From Octopus bimaculoides (lineage: Eukaryota): DNA of 64,000 nt. The notes beneath the pieces are model-generated. The model searched no databases. It saw nothing but the letters and a program-made list of their open reading frames with translations, and was not told where the DNA came from. The stretch spans positions 53,941,945 through 54,005,944 of the forward strand of contig NC_068998.1 of assembly GCF_001194135.2 (NCBI RefSeq), given 5' to 3'. Position 1 is the stretch's first letter, and every line of letters starts with the position of its first letter. A program made the position numbers and the translations under genes. Positions 25,342 through 39,074 of this stretch are shown in pieces.

Positions 25342-26389
25342 TGTGTGTGCTTGCGCGCATGTCGGTGTGTGTTGGTACTTACAGTGTTTTGATTTCGCTA
25401 AGTGTAATATAATTTTCCCAATTTCAATTAGTTTGACCCCCTTTATGACACCTATGGCTAATCCCATAATAATTTTAATGTTTTGGCTCGATTTATGAAC
25501 AATTTTTAGAAATATCTTGAAATGGATATTGTCCATTGTGAATATTTTAAATTCATTCTATTCATAGGAAAGATATTCTATAATTTGTAACTTCTACCGC
25601 CATATGCGTTTTCCTTCAGTAGACTTAACATTGAAATATGAATCTAAATGTCAGTAAATGTCTCTAACTTTATTCCCATCATCTTCTTCTTTTCCTTCCA
25701 TTTGTCTCGTAGATCTTGAAATGTGTTGGAACGCTGCCCTTCTTCCTCTGAAGAAGCCAACATTAAAAGACAAGAAGCCATGTTCTAACGATGTGTTTAA
25801 ATTTATCTCTTTCTCACGGATCTTATGGGTGAATTATAATACCTTGTCAATCAGCATTCTATTCATAATTCTTCTTTTACTATTATATATTCATCATGAC
25901 AGTTTGACAGATATTATCTCGTTGCGTTTCCGTACTTAGCATCTATAGTGTTATGTCATCAAGATACTTAATATCGATAATTCAAACTTATAACAGCCCG
26001 TTCGTATTTACATAGTAATACATTTACACCCGACGCTTAAATCACTTTGTCGTTAAGAACACAGCCAAGTACATCGATGAAAATGAGATATCTAAAATAT
26101 TCTAAATTGCTGTTCTCACAAATGAGATTTACGGCTACCTATTTACGAGAATTTAGACGCAATGTTTCTCTCTTCCTTTTATCGCGAGATATATCTTTAA
26201 ATGGTTGCTGAGCCGGCTAGAATAAGCAGCTAAATATTTTTTAGACCACATTCCAACCACCTAGTATTACACATTAGAGATTTTGGACCGAGATACATGT
26301 AAATAAATTGATCGGTGACGGATGGAATGACTCTGTTATTTGCAAACCAGATTAAAACAATGAAACCTCAGTCATGACTTCGGAATCCC

Positions 26390-26755
26390 CGCCCCACATC
26401 TCTCATCTACACATACACACACGTCCAGGTTACAAGCCCTCTTCTACACGCACATACATATTCTCTTATACACACGCACACGCACCTTCGTTTTGGGATC
26501 ACCACAACTTTATTATCTCCCCTTCTTCCTAGCTCTCCTGTGTGACCCTTCTGTCCGGCTTTCGCCATGATAGATCGCTAGCCACTACACATTCTTTATT
26601 TTCTGTCCTTGCTTCTTTCTGTGTTCCTTTCTGTAGAAGAGCGTCGGCTCGAAACGCTAAAGACTTTTTCACTTCTTAAGCGTTATAGTAATACATCTGT
26701 TTGTTGTCTACATCACCTGTCTTCGTCTTTTGTTTTTTTATGAATTCTCCCTATA
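26390..26755 (+). mobile_element. Probable Penelope-like element terminal fragment carrying a variant hammerhead-like motif at 26627-26662
   Basis: CTTT-CTGTAGA-A-GAGC(gtcg)GCTC-GAAA-CG-C-T-AAAG has a 4-bp stem II and a 4-bp stem I. The core has A6>U and U16.1>C changes. Confidence 0.5.
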
Positions 26756-27989
26756 TATGTATATATGTATGTATATATATATATATACATGAGAGAGAGA
26801 GAGAGATGCTCACACATGTATGTATACATGCACACTTTTTGTATAGTCACGAAAACATACATACACACACATTGAAATATGTGAAGCAAGACACAAACAC
26901 ACACAATCGCACACATTCACACATACATGCCTAGAAATATCTTTATAGTGACGACATTACACATTTGTTTCTATTCTGCCATGTTTACACGTATATTCCA
27001 GAAAAATAAAGAGATAACAGAATTGCAAACAACAAAACTGAGTTATATTTACTAAATATAAAAAAATCATAGACGCAGCTTGTTAAATAGAAATATTTCA
27101 TATATCTAATAAATCGCTATTTCTGTAGATGTTTTGGTATTTTTGTATTTCTGCTGTTTTTTCCAATATTTGTTAATTTATTTTATGAAAAAAAACAAAA
27201 TATATCATTCAAATGTGTAAAAAGAATTCTCTTTGTGATTATTTTTTTAATTTATTCTAAAAAATGTTTTTGAAACACTTTATACATTACACAAAATTTG
27301 CTAATTTATTTATTAAAAGAAGCAAACAAGCATGTTTGACATTCTCTTTAACTACGAAAAATATTTCCATGTAACTTATTTTGTAACACTTTAAAATTTA
27401 ACAACCCAACATGCGTTTTTTAACAGCAAGTGAAAGCGTTAAAAGTTATAAATGAAAATAAAAATATGGAATTAAGCGAAAACGTCGCATTGTACCATAA
27501 ATAATAGCGAATAGATTAAACAAATAATATTTTGAGTCACTTCTTAACTGACAATGCATTACTTGTACGCTATGGCAATTTTTATAATGCCATTACGCTT
27601 TTCTGAAAAATTCATGTTTTATTCAGTGTCATAACATTGAAACAAAAACAATATATATTGAACCAGTCGTTTATTTAAGTTTCTTTTTTTTTTTTGCCAT
27701 ATTTCAATTTTCCTGCGACATTGTTTCTGCGAAAATCTGAAAAAGTAACTACAACCTTTCACTTGTTTCCAATTCAAATTAAAATCTTACACATATGTTA
27801 GTGTAAGTAGCAAAATATAATTTTTCACAACTTAAATGAGTTTTATAAAAATATTCCTGTGTAGTCTTAAACGATTTTTCTCTCAGTTGGAATTTAAGCA
27901 TTGTTAATTTAAGAATTAAAATCATGAATATGTAGTTTAAAGCGTGTAAGGTAGTCTACTTGTGCTTTACCTATATAAAAATATTCGAA

Positions 27990-28160
27990 GGCGGCGAGCT
28001 GCCAGAAACGTTAGCACGCCGGGTGGAATGCTTAGCGGTATTTCGTCAGTCTTTACGTTCTGAGTTCAAATTTCGTCGAGGTCGACTTTACCTTTTATCC
28101 TTTCGGGGTCGATCTAATCGACTGGCCCCCTCCACAAAAATTTCGGGCCTTGTATATAAA
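27990..28160 (+). mobile_element. SINE family A with an internal deletion between the two GGGGTCGAT repeats
   Basis: The head is near-identical to 23653; tttcggggtcgat is joined directly to ctaatcgactggccccc. Confidence 0.9.
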
Positions 28161-28351
28161 TATATAAGTATATATAAATATTCTCTTAATAGTTTCTCTA
28201 TTTGCGCGGCTGAATACGTTTGCTTGTCTCGTCATGGCGTATGTAGCAGTGCAGATGTTACGTAGCAATTTTATCGTTTAATTAAGGCTTCGATATTCTT
28301 CAAACAAATTTTATTTGTAGTATTTAGGCTGTTGTTTTCATTCTCATCCAG

Positions 28352-28501
28352 TCTCATCGTGAGTGCCCACATTTTGATAAGCTTTGTAAGACACCAGAAG
28401 CTAGAGATTGGGAGTAAACTATTTGCGAATTTTCGCTTTTTGATGAAATATATATCTTGGTTTTCAATATTGAGAACACCCTTTTCCTCACTTGTTCAAA
28501 T
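28352..28501 (+). other. Candidate 150-nt symmetric exon, unknown product
   Basis: Acceptor gttgttttcattctcatcCAG and donor T|GTAAGT. One frame is open throughout (LIVSAHILISFVRHQKLEIGSKLF...). Confidence 0.25.
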
Positions 28502-29608
28502 GTAAGTATTTACACGCGCGCACACACACACTCACACACGTACTTGCCTTTGTGAATGATGGCCCGTGTGGATATATGTGGGTGTATTAGTTGTGAAAAT
28601 ATTGAGGAATTACTTATATTATATTACTGTTAATCTTTCATACAAATTTATTTTACTTCATTTCTGTTTCCTTCTTGTATAATTTATTCTATTTAACATC
28701 TCGAAACCTACAACTTTTTTTATGCTCACCCACCTAAAACTTACCACAAAATATTTCCAAATTTCAAATTCCTTTCACGTCTACAGACGCACATGTAAGA
28801 AGCTATCGCTGTTGCATCAGAGAAAATAGAAAATAATTTTCAATCTACTCCTCCCCTTCCTAGCTGCGTCTATATTAAATGCCTTTACTCCCCCTTCCTC
28901 ACTCCTCCATCTATTTCTATGCTTTCCCACTTCATCTGTCCCTAGACATTAACACATATATCTATATTTCTCCAGGCCCCTTTCTGCACACCAATATTAT
29001 TTCGTTATTATTTCATTCAGCGCTTCGAATTCATACACATTTACACACAACTACTTTCCTCTTCTTGTTGTTCTTTCCCTTATTCTTTCTTCTTCGATTC
29101 CTTTACCGTTTTTTTTTAAACCATCTAAGATCCAATCAAGTTATTACTCATTCTTACTTTTCTCCATTATTTTTACTTGTATTCTTTTTTAATTTTTTAT
29201 CATTTATATTTTTTCATACTCCAACTTAAAGACATTTCGTATGTAGAATATTTATTAAAAGAAAATTATACATGCTCGCGTATGCACGTGCACGCATAGG
29301 TGGATATGTGTGTCAATCCGTATAGCTTCCACTCACTTTCTACGCCCGCATCTTGGAGTATATATATGCATGAGTAAAATATTTATTAAAGTATATATCG
29401 ATGTATATGTCCAAAGATATCAAGCAAGTAGGAATGTGTTGTGTATATGTATGTTTATATATGTGTATATATGATTGTGCGGGGGGTGCGTGTATGTACA
29501 TAGAAATATACGTACATATATAGGTGAGTGAATTCTTGTTTCTAAAAATAAGATAGTACTGGTATAGATTTGTGTGCATATATATGCGGAAATACATGTG
29601 TGTGCAAG

Positions 29609-29657
<49 letters not shown>

Positions 29658-29959
29658 AACATATTTATATATATTATATATACATTATATACATATATGC
29701 ATATATTATATATATTATACATATATATACATATATATATATACATACGTATGTATACATACATATATATGTGTATATGTATATATATATGTATATGTAT
29801 ACACGCACACACACATACATATATATATATATGCATGTATGTATACATATATATGTATGTGCATATTTGATATATTATGCGTGTGCGTACGCGCGCATTA
29901 ACATATTTTTATGCTTGTGTGTATGTATCCCTGTCTTTCACTTCATACATATACATGCA

Positions 29960-29999
<40 letters not shown>

Positions 30000-30441
30000 T
30001 GTGTGTGAGTGTGTGTGTGTATGCATTATATGTATCTGTACTTACATTTGTGTGCAACTGTGGATATAGGCATCTCTGCATGCATAATGCTATTAACGTC
30101 TTGAAAAAAAAAATCATGCTTTCCTATGAAAACCATTATACTGACATAAATCAAGCAAAATTCGTATGATTCAAAAATTATGTACTGTCAACACGTGATG
30201 CTAACGACATTTTTTTTTTTCAGAATGTATCACTATATTCGGAGGTAACTCTATAAATTTCTCTTCCCTGAAGCACAAGCGTTACCAGATATGACAAGTG
30301 TAGACATACAGAGGCTCTTAATTATCGTTTAAAAAGTGATCATCTCGTATAATTAATTATAACTATATATATACACTCTGTTAATGCATTAATTTCTACT
30401 TTTTCTACTCCTCTGTAAACCCAGATATCAGATAGACAGAC

Positions 30442-30444
<3 letters not shown>

Positions 30445-30515
<71 letters not shown>

Positions 30516-30590
30516 TCCACGTTTCGTAAAATCGGACAAAATGCCGCTAAGTATTTCATCCGGCGTGCTAATGATTCTTTTAGTAACAAG
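30445..30590 (-). mobile_element. SINE family A head fragment abutting a (TAGA)n repeat
   Basis: atgccgctaagtatttcatccggcgtgctaatgattc is the reverse complement of the family A head; (TAGA)n at about 30445-30513. Confidence 0.7.
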
Positions 30591-30765
30591 TAAGATATAA
30601 AAAACAATGTAAGAACCCACGGTTAGATTCCAGGCAGTTGGGGTGCATCGGTGAGGGGGTGGGAAATCACTGAAGAAAGAGAAATGTGAAGAATCAACGC
30701 AAGCGAGTTAAATAGAGCGAAATATAAGGGTCAAAACATGTTTGAAAATGTTTAACATGTAGAAA

Positions 30766-30950
30766 GGTGGCAAACCAACTGGGCCGCAGTTCATCGGACA
30801 AAATGATTAGCGATATTTCTTCTAAGTTATTACCTTCTGAGTTCAATTCTGGACAAAGGTCAATGTTGCTTTTCATCTTTTCGGAGTCTATAAAATAAAG
30901 TACCAGTTACGTAGTGGGGGCCATTTAATAGACTTGCCCTACCCTTCAAA
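30766..30950 (+). mobile_element. SINE family A, diverged copy
   Basis: ttctgagttcaattc...ttttcatcttttcggagtctataaaataaagtaccagttacgtagtgggg. Confidence 0.8.
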
Positions 30951-31296
30951 AGAGATGGCTGAAAGAAAATCTGAGAGAAAAAAATATGTAGCAAGATCGA
31001 TTCATAAGTTGCCAATATTAGTGGAAGTACGTACATCTGAGAGAGAGAGAGGGGGGGAGAAGAGATAGAGAGAGAGAAGAGAGAGAGAGAAGAGAGAGAG
31101 AGAAGAGAGAGAGAGAAGAGAGAGAGAGATTGTATGTATGGGAGCGTGTATGCATTTTACTGTTTTCTGTGCTTTCTCTGTTTCTCGGCAGGAACACGCC
31201 ATGAAGCTTTCAAAAGTTATTGCATACACGCATATTATCGACGTGAATACATGTAAGCATCCCCCTTCATTTCGTATACCCACACGGTAGATATAT

Positions 31297-31337
<41 letters not shown>

Positions 31338-31452
31338 CATTCAAATGCCTGTATTTGAATGTGTTGCGAGTCTTTTCTGAAGAAACCTGTTTTCCACTAA
31401 ACTGCGTTATTTGCAACTTATTCATTCATTGATCGGCAATTACCGTCTTTAG

Positions 31453-31614
31453 TCGAAATAAATGAAGAAGACAGAACTTCATTCAGCCAAACTAGTTTTA
31501 GCCTTCTAAAAGCAGAAATGAAAAAAGCCTCAAATTTAATCACAATTGCTTCGCTTGAGTCTGATTCAGTTCAATGGCGGACACGTGACATCTTATTAAA
31601 TCGAGATGAATATG
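31453..31614 (+). other. Candidate 162-nt symmetric phase-1 exon, unknown product
   Basis: Acceptor taccgtctttAG and a weak donor G|GTAAAG. It lies in a stop-free frame of about 94 codons (EINEEDRTSFSQTSFSLLKAEMKKASNLITIASLESDSVQWRTRDILLNRDEY). Confidence 0.2.
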
Positions 31615-32066
31615 GTAAAGTATCTTACATGGAATGTAGCATGCATATGGAGAACCAGGATTCACCAAATATTTCTAAGTGAATGCTCACACTTAAAAAA
31701 TAATTATTGATTTGTTTTATCTATTCTATCCAAATTCTTTGGGCCTCAGCCAAGCAAATGGGTATTTAAAAGGAAGAAAATACGGTACGATACAATTTCA
31801 AGAAATTGAATCTGTTCCAATACATTATGAAGTCTGACTGGTATCGTCGGTCTCGGTGGATGCAATTCTAAACCGATATCTACGGTGTTAGAATTCAAAA
31901 TCCGGAAATGAAGTACTGAAAATATTTGAATTTTTTCGTTCTGAATTCTAGTCTGTTAATTCTACTCGCTGTTCGAATGCACAGTGACATAGGCAGTTTG
32001 CTTTTAACAGAGGTTTTTTGGGTTCATGGAAGAAAGAGAGAGAGGGGCAAGGAGAGAGGGGATGGA

Positions 32067-32129
<63 letters not shown>

Positions 32130-32162
32130 GGTTGCATTTCGAAATATTATTGCAAATAGCAT

Positions 32163-32470
32163 ATCCGAAATAAGGTGATTCGAGAAGGTTGCAGAATGAA
32201 CGACGTAATCGCAGAATAGCGAAGACACAAGTTCCGCTGAGCTGGTCACGCTGCAAGGCTAACAGACGCCAGGGAGAACAGTGCAGTAGTCGTGTGGTAT
32301 TCGGAAAAGGCCACTTGAAATGCATCCTCCCATGATGTTTGGAAGATGATTTAGTTAAAAGATTTCGAACAAGAAGGAAGAGTACGGTGAAATTAATAAA
32401 GAATTGGAAGCGCATTGTGGTCAGCGGTGTATGCCAATAGCTAATACTCTGATCGATACAGGTGATATGG
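32163..32470 (+). mobile_element. RTE-clade LINE 3' end, decayed
   Basis: IRNKVIREGCRMNDVIAE*RRHKFR*AGHAARLTDARE...W...(W)EDDLVKRF...WKRIV matches the RTE C-terminal pattern IRN..IR...K..WAGH.AR..D.R...RW.DD. Confidence 0.8.
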
Positions 32471-33105
32471 CTACATAGCATTGACTGTTACTTACGTAGG
32501 ATCGATTTCGAACGATCCAACAGAGAGTAACTTTATATGATCGGAGTCTCAGTCGGTTAAAGTTGACCGTGTTTGGCAAATGTCTGCTCGAGGATTGGGC
32601 AAGATTTATTTGAAGAAGATTGTCAGTTGCCTGATCCTGCCAGCCTCCGATGTTTATGCAAATGAAAAAGGAGGCGACGTGGGTCGATAAAGCTTAATAC
32701 CAACGTGGATAATGTTAGAACAAAAACAAGCGGAACAAATACCGCAAGGCATCAGGGGTACCCCTCTAACTGCTCTGCTAATCAACCATCCTGGATTGTT
32801 TCTGTTTTTTCATTGACATCAATGGGATTTAAACTCAGAGTCCATAGGGTCTGAACAACCACTAGGAGGCAGTCTGTTCAATGCTCTAACGACCTCTATT
32901 TCGTCGACCGGTATTTAGAACAGTATTTTGTTACAACTTCACTTTTAACGCCATCTTAATTGGTCAATTGGTTCTCAGAGTGCAGTTTATTAGAAACATC
33001 AAGGGCGCGGGGCATCCAAAGTTTAACTCGACATCTTGATACACTACTTGTTATTGCCATAAACCATCAGTAATAGGGTCTTCCTCTCTTCCGTTCTGCT
33101 GTGTT

Positions 33106-33260
33106 GGGAACCGACATGTCAATGAATAGACCCAACATTTCCTCTGCGTGTCGTAAAGAGGCGACTAAAAGAAGTTGAGGGAGGATTGGCACTCCGACCT
33201 CGTAAAACCCTCACCAGCAGCAACTACCTTAAAACAGACCCATGGATTTAGCGGATTGTC
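33106..33260 (+). mobile_element. Probable RTE-type LINE 5' leader fragment
   Basis: GGGAACC..GTCAATGA start is shared with 51839. It contains TGCGTGTCGTAAAGAGGCGACTAAAAG and CCTCGTAAAAC, motifs I recall from RTE 5' UTRs (unverified). Confidence 0.4.
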
Positions 33261-33894
33261 GTCCGTGTGGAGGCAGCTTCGAGTCGTTTTGCAGCACAGA
33301 CTTCTTCCTTCATTTCTTCCGTCTCAAAAGTCTTGAACGCAGTTTTCTCTTCTGATTTAGTTTTGAAAAACTTGAAGGAATCGAAGAAAATTACTGCATC
33401 ATTTTATCCTCTCGATCAAGAAGAAAATTGTATGAATTTAGCTTGCATTGCATGTCTGTATATTTGCCGTACAGTACTTTACTTCTTTCATAGAACATCC
33501 ACAACTGCTGTATATTTAAAAGCATTGGTGATTGATACCATAGAAAATATACCTGCAATTTGACAGGAGAAGTTTTCGATAAACTGGCGTATAACTTTCA
33601 ACAAATGGGATAGACGCTGTGGTTATGATAACCGAAGCTGATGTCAGGAACTAAAATAGCGAAACTTTCTTGTAATAATGGATCAGAAGAAAATGTGTTA
33701 AGTTGCTGTCAACTTTCAAGTTTCATAACCATAATCAAAATGATCTCATATACACTGTGATCTATGGAGAGGGTTCACTGTTGGAATTACAGAAACAGAA
33801 ACGGAATCTGCAGAGAAACAAAAACACGTATCCAGACACATACGGATTTGCATATACTCATTTATAGATGCAATATATATGTGTATGTACACTT

Positions 33895-33899
<5 letters not shown>

Positions 33900-33959
<60 letters not shown>

Positions 33960-34320
33960 NNNNNNNNNNNNNNNNNNNNNNNNNNNNNNNNNNNNNNNNN
34001 NNNNNNNNNNNNNNNNNNNNNNNNNNNNNNNNNNNNNNNNNTATATATAATCTCGCCCATCACCGTTTGACAACCGGTGTTGCTTCGTGTATGTCCCCGT
34101 CACTTAGCGGCTCAGCAAAAGGGAGTGATCCAATAAGAACCAGGTTTAAAAAATGAGTACTAGGGTCGTTTCATTCGACCAAAAATTCAAGACGCTGCCC
34201 CACCCTGGAACTTATTCCATCATTATCTTTTAGCGAACCGCTAAGTTGCAGGGAACTACACGAAGCAACACCAGTTGCGAAGCGGTGGAGGGCGCGAAAA
34301 TACACACACATTTGTCTCTG
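33900..34320. mobile_element. SINE family B 3' part (+, 33900-34215, spanning a gap) followed by an inverted family B fragment (-, 34220-34320)
   Basis: ccgtttgacaaccggtgttg...gtccccgtcacttagcggctcagcaaaag, then tcttttagcgaaccgctaagtt in the opposite orientation. Confidence 0.75.
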
Positions 34321-35479
34321 CATTTGTTGCATCCTCGATGTTTAAAGGAATCAATGGAAACGGGCCCTGTGAGTGTGACTACCCCTACCCGTGACGGCAG
34401 AACCACAAAATCCCAATTCACAAAGACATGTTACCAAGACATGTTCCGGTCGCACTTTACGGCTGGCGGTGATTATTCTCCCGTTTGCCATCCACCTGGT
34501 AGTTCGATCTTCTCTCACTTAGCTCTGGCAGCATAGGTTATCCCACAATAGCAAAATAGAAATTAAAGTTTCAAATGTAACAATCAGCACCGATATCAAC
34601 TCGTTGGTGAAATCAGCAAATGGATCACCTATGAATCTAATTATACTGGGTTCAAGCCTCATCAGATCCGTCTTACACTTTTCTGTATCAAACTCATACA
34701 TATAGAATTTAGCAATTTTACCCGCCACCCCAGTATTTCAACACAGAAATTTTACCGGGGTATATACTGTATTTAGCGCTGTGATCAATCACTTGGATTT
34801 TTAGCGTCCAATTTAAAAAAAAAAATTTTTTATAGAACCAATTAGAAGAAAATAGCTATCATCATTCATAATTATTCTAGAGTTTCAATTATTGATTTTT
34901 CTATTAAGTGATAATAACGGAAATATGGATGATGATGGTGGTGATGATGATGATGATGATGATGATGAAGAAGAAGAGAAAAGATTTTTTATCAGTGACT
35001 GACCTTTGTTGTGAATCATTTTAACTTTCCCAAAACTTAATTGAAAATATGATGGTAACTACGAAAATAAAGTTGGTATATATTCTAAACGCACACCAAA
35101 CACAGACGTTTTTGCGAATGTATATATACGAGTGTGTGTATATGTGCATGTGTATATGTGCACATAGATATATACATATATATGTATGCGTGTGTGTTTG
35201 CGTGTGTTTGTCTTTGTGTGCGTTGTATTTCTGATGGTCTTTTCTTGCCAAATAAACGCACTGTATATTCGTTCTTCACTTCAGCTTATAGTAAGCACAA
35301 TAAGAATAAGAACAATGATAAAGCTGAATTGAAAAGCTAATATACAGTGCGTGTATTTGTTTGCCAAAACATTACCGTCTCAAAATATAAAAATAACTGT
35401 TTCAATACACAATTTCATATCAAGAGTCTTGGAAAACAAATACATGAAAGTTTGTATGTATGTATGTAGGTATGTATGT

Positions 35480-35532
<53 letters not shown>

Positions 35533-35597
35533 TATATCTATATGTGTGTGGTGAGTGTGTCTATTATTATCATTATTATTATCATCATTATTATCAA

Positions 35598-35830
35598 GGT
35601 GGCGAGCTGGTAGAATCGTTAGTACGCCGGGCGAAATGCTTAGTGGTATTTCTGAGTTCTGAGTTCAAATTCCGCCAGGTCGAGTTTGCCTTTCATCCAT
35701 TCGGGGTCGATTAAAGAAATACTAGTTACGCACTAAAGTCGATGTAATCGACTTAACCTCCTTCCCCGAGCTACCCTTGTGGCAAAAATTTGAAATCATT
35801 AATATTATTATTATTATTAATATTATTATT
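35598..35830 (+). mobile_element. SINE family A, full-length, with (ATT)n tail
   Basis: ggtggcgagctggtagaatcgttagtacgccgggcgaaatgcttag...gagttcaaattccgcc...tcggggtcgattaa...gaaatcattaatattattatt. Confidence 0.92.
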
Positions 35831-36660
35831 ATTATATGAGGCAATTTCTTTTGAATAATTGTAAAGATTGGTTTAAAGCCGATATGTTGTAAATAGGAAA
35901 ATGTCATGATCCACCTTTAATGATTGGGGATGTAACTTCAAAACGGAAGCTTCATATCTCACCGCCAATTGTTTTTATTCGTTAAATATATTTATATGTC
36001 CATATCTGTCGGTTTCGCCTCACGATAAAATTATTACCTCGACCAAATGAAGTGAGAGATAGTTAGTGAAAGACGATGGAGTAAAATAAAGGAACTAGTA
36101 TTGTGTGTGAGATATTGAATTGCAGGAAAAACATCGAAAATATATCATTAGCCGTTAAGAAAGAAATGTCTGCTTTATGATCAGAAGAGTGACAAAAGGG
36201 CTTTGCTTGAAGGTTCTTGATATCTAAACCATTGGATATCAAGGTTTTATTTTCAAAAGAAACTGAGAGCTATATCATTATTTTGATTAACTATCTTATA
36301 AATTGTTTTCTGCTTAAACTGAATAGCGAAATATTGTGTAGAGACATCCAACGAATTGTGAGTTTCTGCATCGAATCGTGGCAGATTTATTGATTGGTTT
36401 TTCTCACAAGAAGTGACAGGTTGCAGACAATAGAATGAACACAAGATATATGTTTCGCAATCATACAGTGGCTGCGGAAATTGCATTGAAGTTATTTCAA
36501 AGAGATACAGCGTCTCTGATGGAATTTGGTCAAAAAAAAAAAGTAAGAGTTATATCTTGGAGAAACTGAAAGATCGAATACATAACCAATTAGACGAATA
36601 TCCTGTGAGTACGCACATATCTGTGAGAATATGTTAGTCAATGAGTAAGCATGCGTCAGG

Positions 36661-36698
<38 letters not shown>

Positions 36699-36861
36699 AT
36701 CTGATAGTTACACGATGGAAACAAATATTGGTTAAATGCCAGGACTCTTTAAACAACTAGTACAGTTAACGAGTTGAGTAATTAATGTCAAATGACAAAC
36801 ATAATTACTCGCAACTTGATACTAAATCAAATAGTCCTTACATTAGTTTACTCATTCCTCT

Positions 36862-36862
36862 C

Positions 36863-36922
<60 letters not shown>
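36862..36922. repeat. (TAA)n microsatellite
   Basis: Visible run. Confidence 0.97.
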
Positions 36923-36925
<3 letters not shown>

Positions 36926-37502
36926 TAAATAAAGAATAAACTCTCTTCGGTATTGGCCACTGCTTTTCAACTTCCATCACTTTCATATCAGGTTGAACAA
37001 TGATTTTCCACGTTTCTTGAAATCACTTGTGCCTCGCCTCTGTTGTATGAAATCTTAAAAGTAAAATGCCCCCTTCACCACGTGGTTGGTCCCGCTAGTT
37101 GCATTGTATACGGTGCAGCAAGTAGCATGAAACAAGATCTGAGCAGTTGGCAATTAAATACTTCGATCCTTCGATCCAGGTCCAATTCCTTATAATGAAA
37201 CCATGCGTATTTTACCTTGTACAGTCGATGACTTTCAGAAAGGAATGGATGTTACACAATGTCAAAGAATCTATGTCATGCAGTCATTTTTTTACATCCC
37301 TTTTAAATCTGAGGTTGTCGGCAAGTCCGAAGTCCATCAAAAGCAATATCTTTAAAATACGAACATTTGACAAAAACATCATTTCATCTTCATATGAAGA
37401 CTTCGTATAAATTTGGCAATATTAGGGTTCACATCACGTTAGGAATATTTTGGCCAACTTTCAGAACCTTCTAAATAAAGTAAGAGACAAAATACGCTTT
37501 GC

Positions 37503-37897
37503 CTTTTATTTGATCCAGGCCTTTGGCTGCGCCCATGCCTGGGCATGGCCTTGAAAGGCTTTACTTGAACAAATTGGCTCCACTGTATATTTTTTGAAAG
37601 TCAGGTATTTATTTCTTAGTAGTCTTTTGCCGAACCGCTAATTACGGGGACGTCAACAAGCCAACAACGGTGTCAAAGGGCAGGGAGACAAACACAAATA
37701 CAAAAGTATAAAAGCATACACAAATGCAGAGGCATATAAGCGACAGGCTCCTACACACCTTCCGTCTACCAAATTCACACACAATACATTGGACGACCCT
37801 GGGCTATGAGAAAAATCACTTGCCCAAGGTACCTCAAAGTGGAAGTGAATCGGAAACCACGTAGTTGCAAAGCGCTACTCTTAACTACACATGCCTA
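37503..37897 (-). mobile_element. SINE family B, full-length diverged copy
   Basis: From the tail (ggctgcgcccatgc) through tcttttgccgaaccgcta and ttccgtctaccaaattc to the head (cacttgcccaaggt...gaatcggaaaccacgtagttg...ttaactacac). Confidence 0.88.
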
Positions 37898-38930
37898 TTG
37901 ACGTTGATTTAATGTCGGTCACACTTAGGAAAATAAATTAAACAACACGCAGTTGTTCTAATCAAAATAAACCTTTTTTATTATCGTAAAGGTGTTGTAG
38001 TGAAGGCAGTAATAAAATAAATAAACTCCAGGCTTGACATGACCGCGGGGCTTTTTTTATTTCTTCCTGAACCAATCTGCTTAAGTTAGGCCTATTTATC
38101 ACGTTGAAAACAATATAACCGCTACAGTTCTCGCGTCGGCTCTTCTCATAATATAGCTTTGTAATTATATTTCATTGATAAAAATTGTTTACGTTTATAA
38201 CAGGTGATGAATTGATGGCGCATCTCATAAAATACCTGAGGTATTCAGTTGTGCCTGTTGACGTTCTAATCTCCCAAATACCCAAATCAACTGTAATCAT
38301 GCCAATTTATCATCCTTTGCTGGTAAAATGGCACGAGTGAAGAAACTAGTAATGCTATCGATCGATGATACCTCACGACAAAACATCACTCCATTTCCCT
38401 CCATTTATTTGTGCAGCTGAAAATGGCACTGAATTTAAATTGATGTAATAATTGCACTGTTCAATTAAACGGAGTCGATTGAAACGGTCGTATTGCATCA
38501 GAGCTTGGTATGCTGTTGCTTATTTTGATTTTATACATGTATGTATATATATATATATATATATGTGTGTGTGCGTGGGCATATGGTATATGAGCATCTG
38601 AATGACATAATCTTTATAGATATGCATTTTGATATCTTAATTCTTTATCCGTTTCCTCGCTTACTGTTATTTCCTATTATTTAGGTGCCTTCCGGTGATT
38701 GAATCGTGTCTTCTTTCTAAACAGGTTGCTGATTACAACATCCTAATGCTTCGTGCTAATTCTAAATTTTATAGCTATATAATACTGTTAAACCTGTGAA
38801 CCGCCTATGTTACTGCTGTTAATATTATCAATTAAAAATATTCACCATCGATAATATTAACAATAGTAACATTTTATTTCGAATGCAAACATTCGAATAT
38901 TTTGCTCATATGCATGTGTTTGTGTGTTTG

Positions 38931-39074
<144 letters not shown>

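Noticed and set aside
34330-34730. GC-richer segment with a 69-aa minus ORF, examined as an exon, piggyBac remnant or twister ribozyme
   Set aside because: No diagnostic protein motif, no convincing splice pair, and no twister pseudoknot could be formed.
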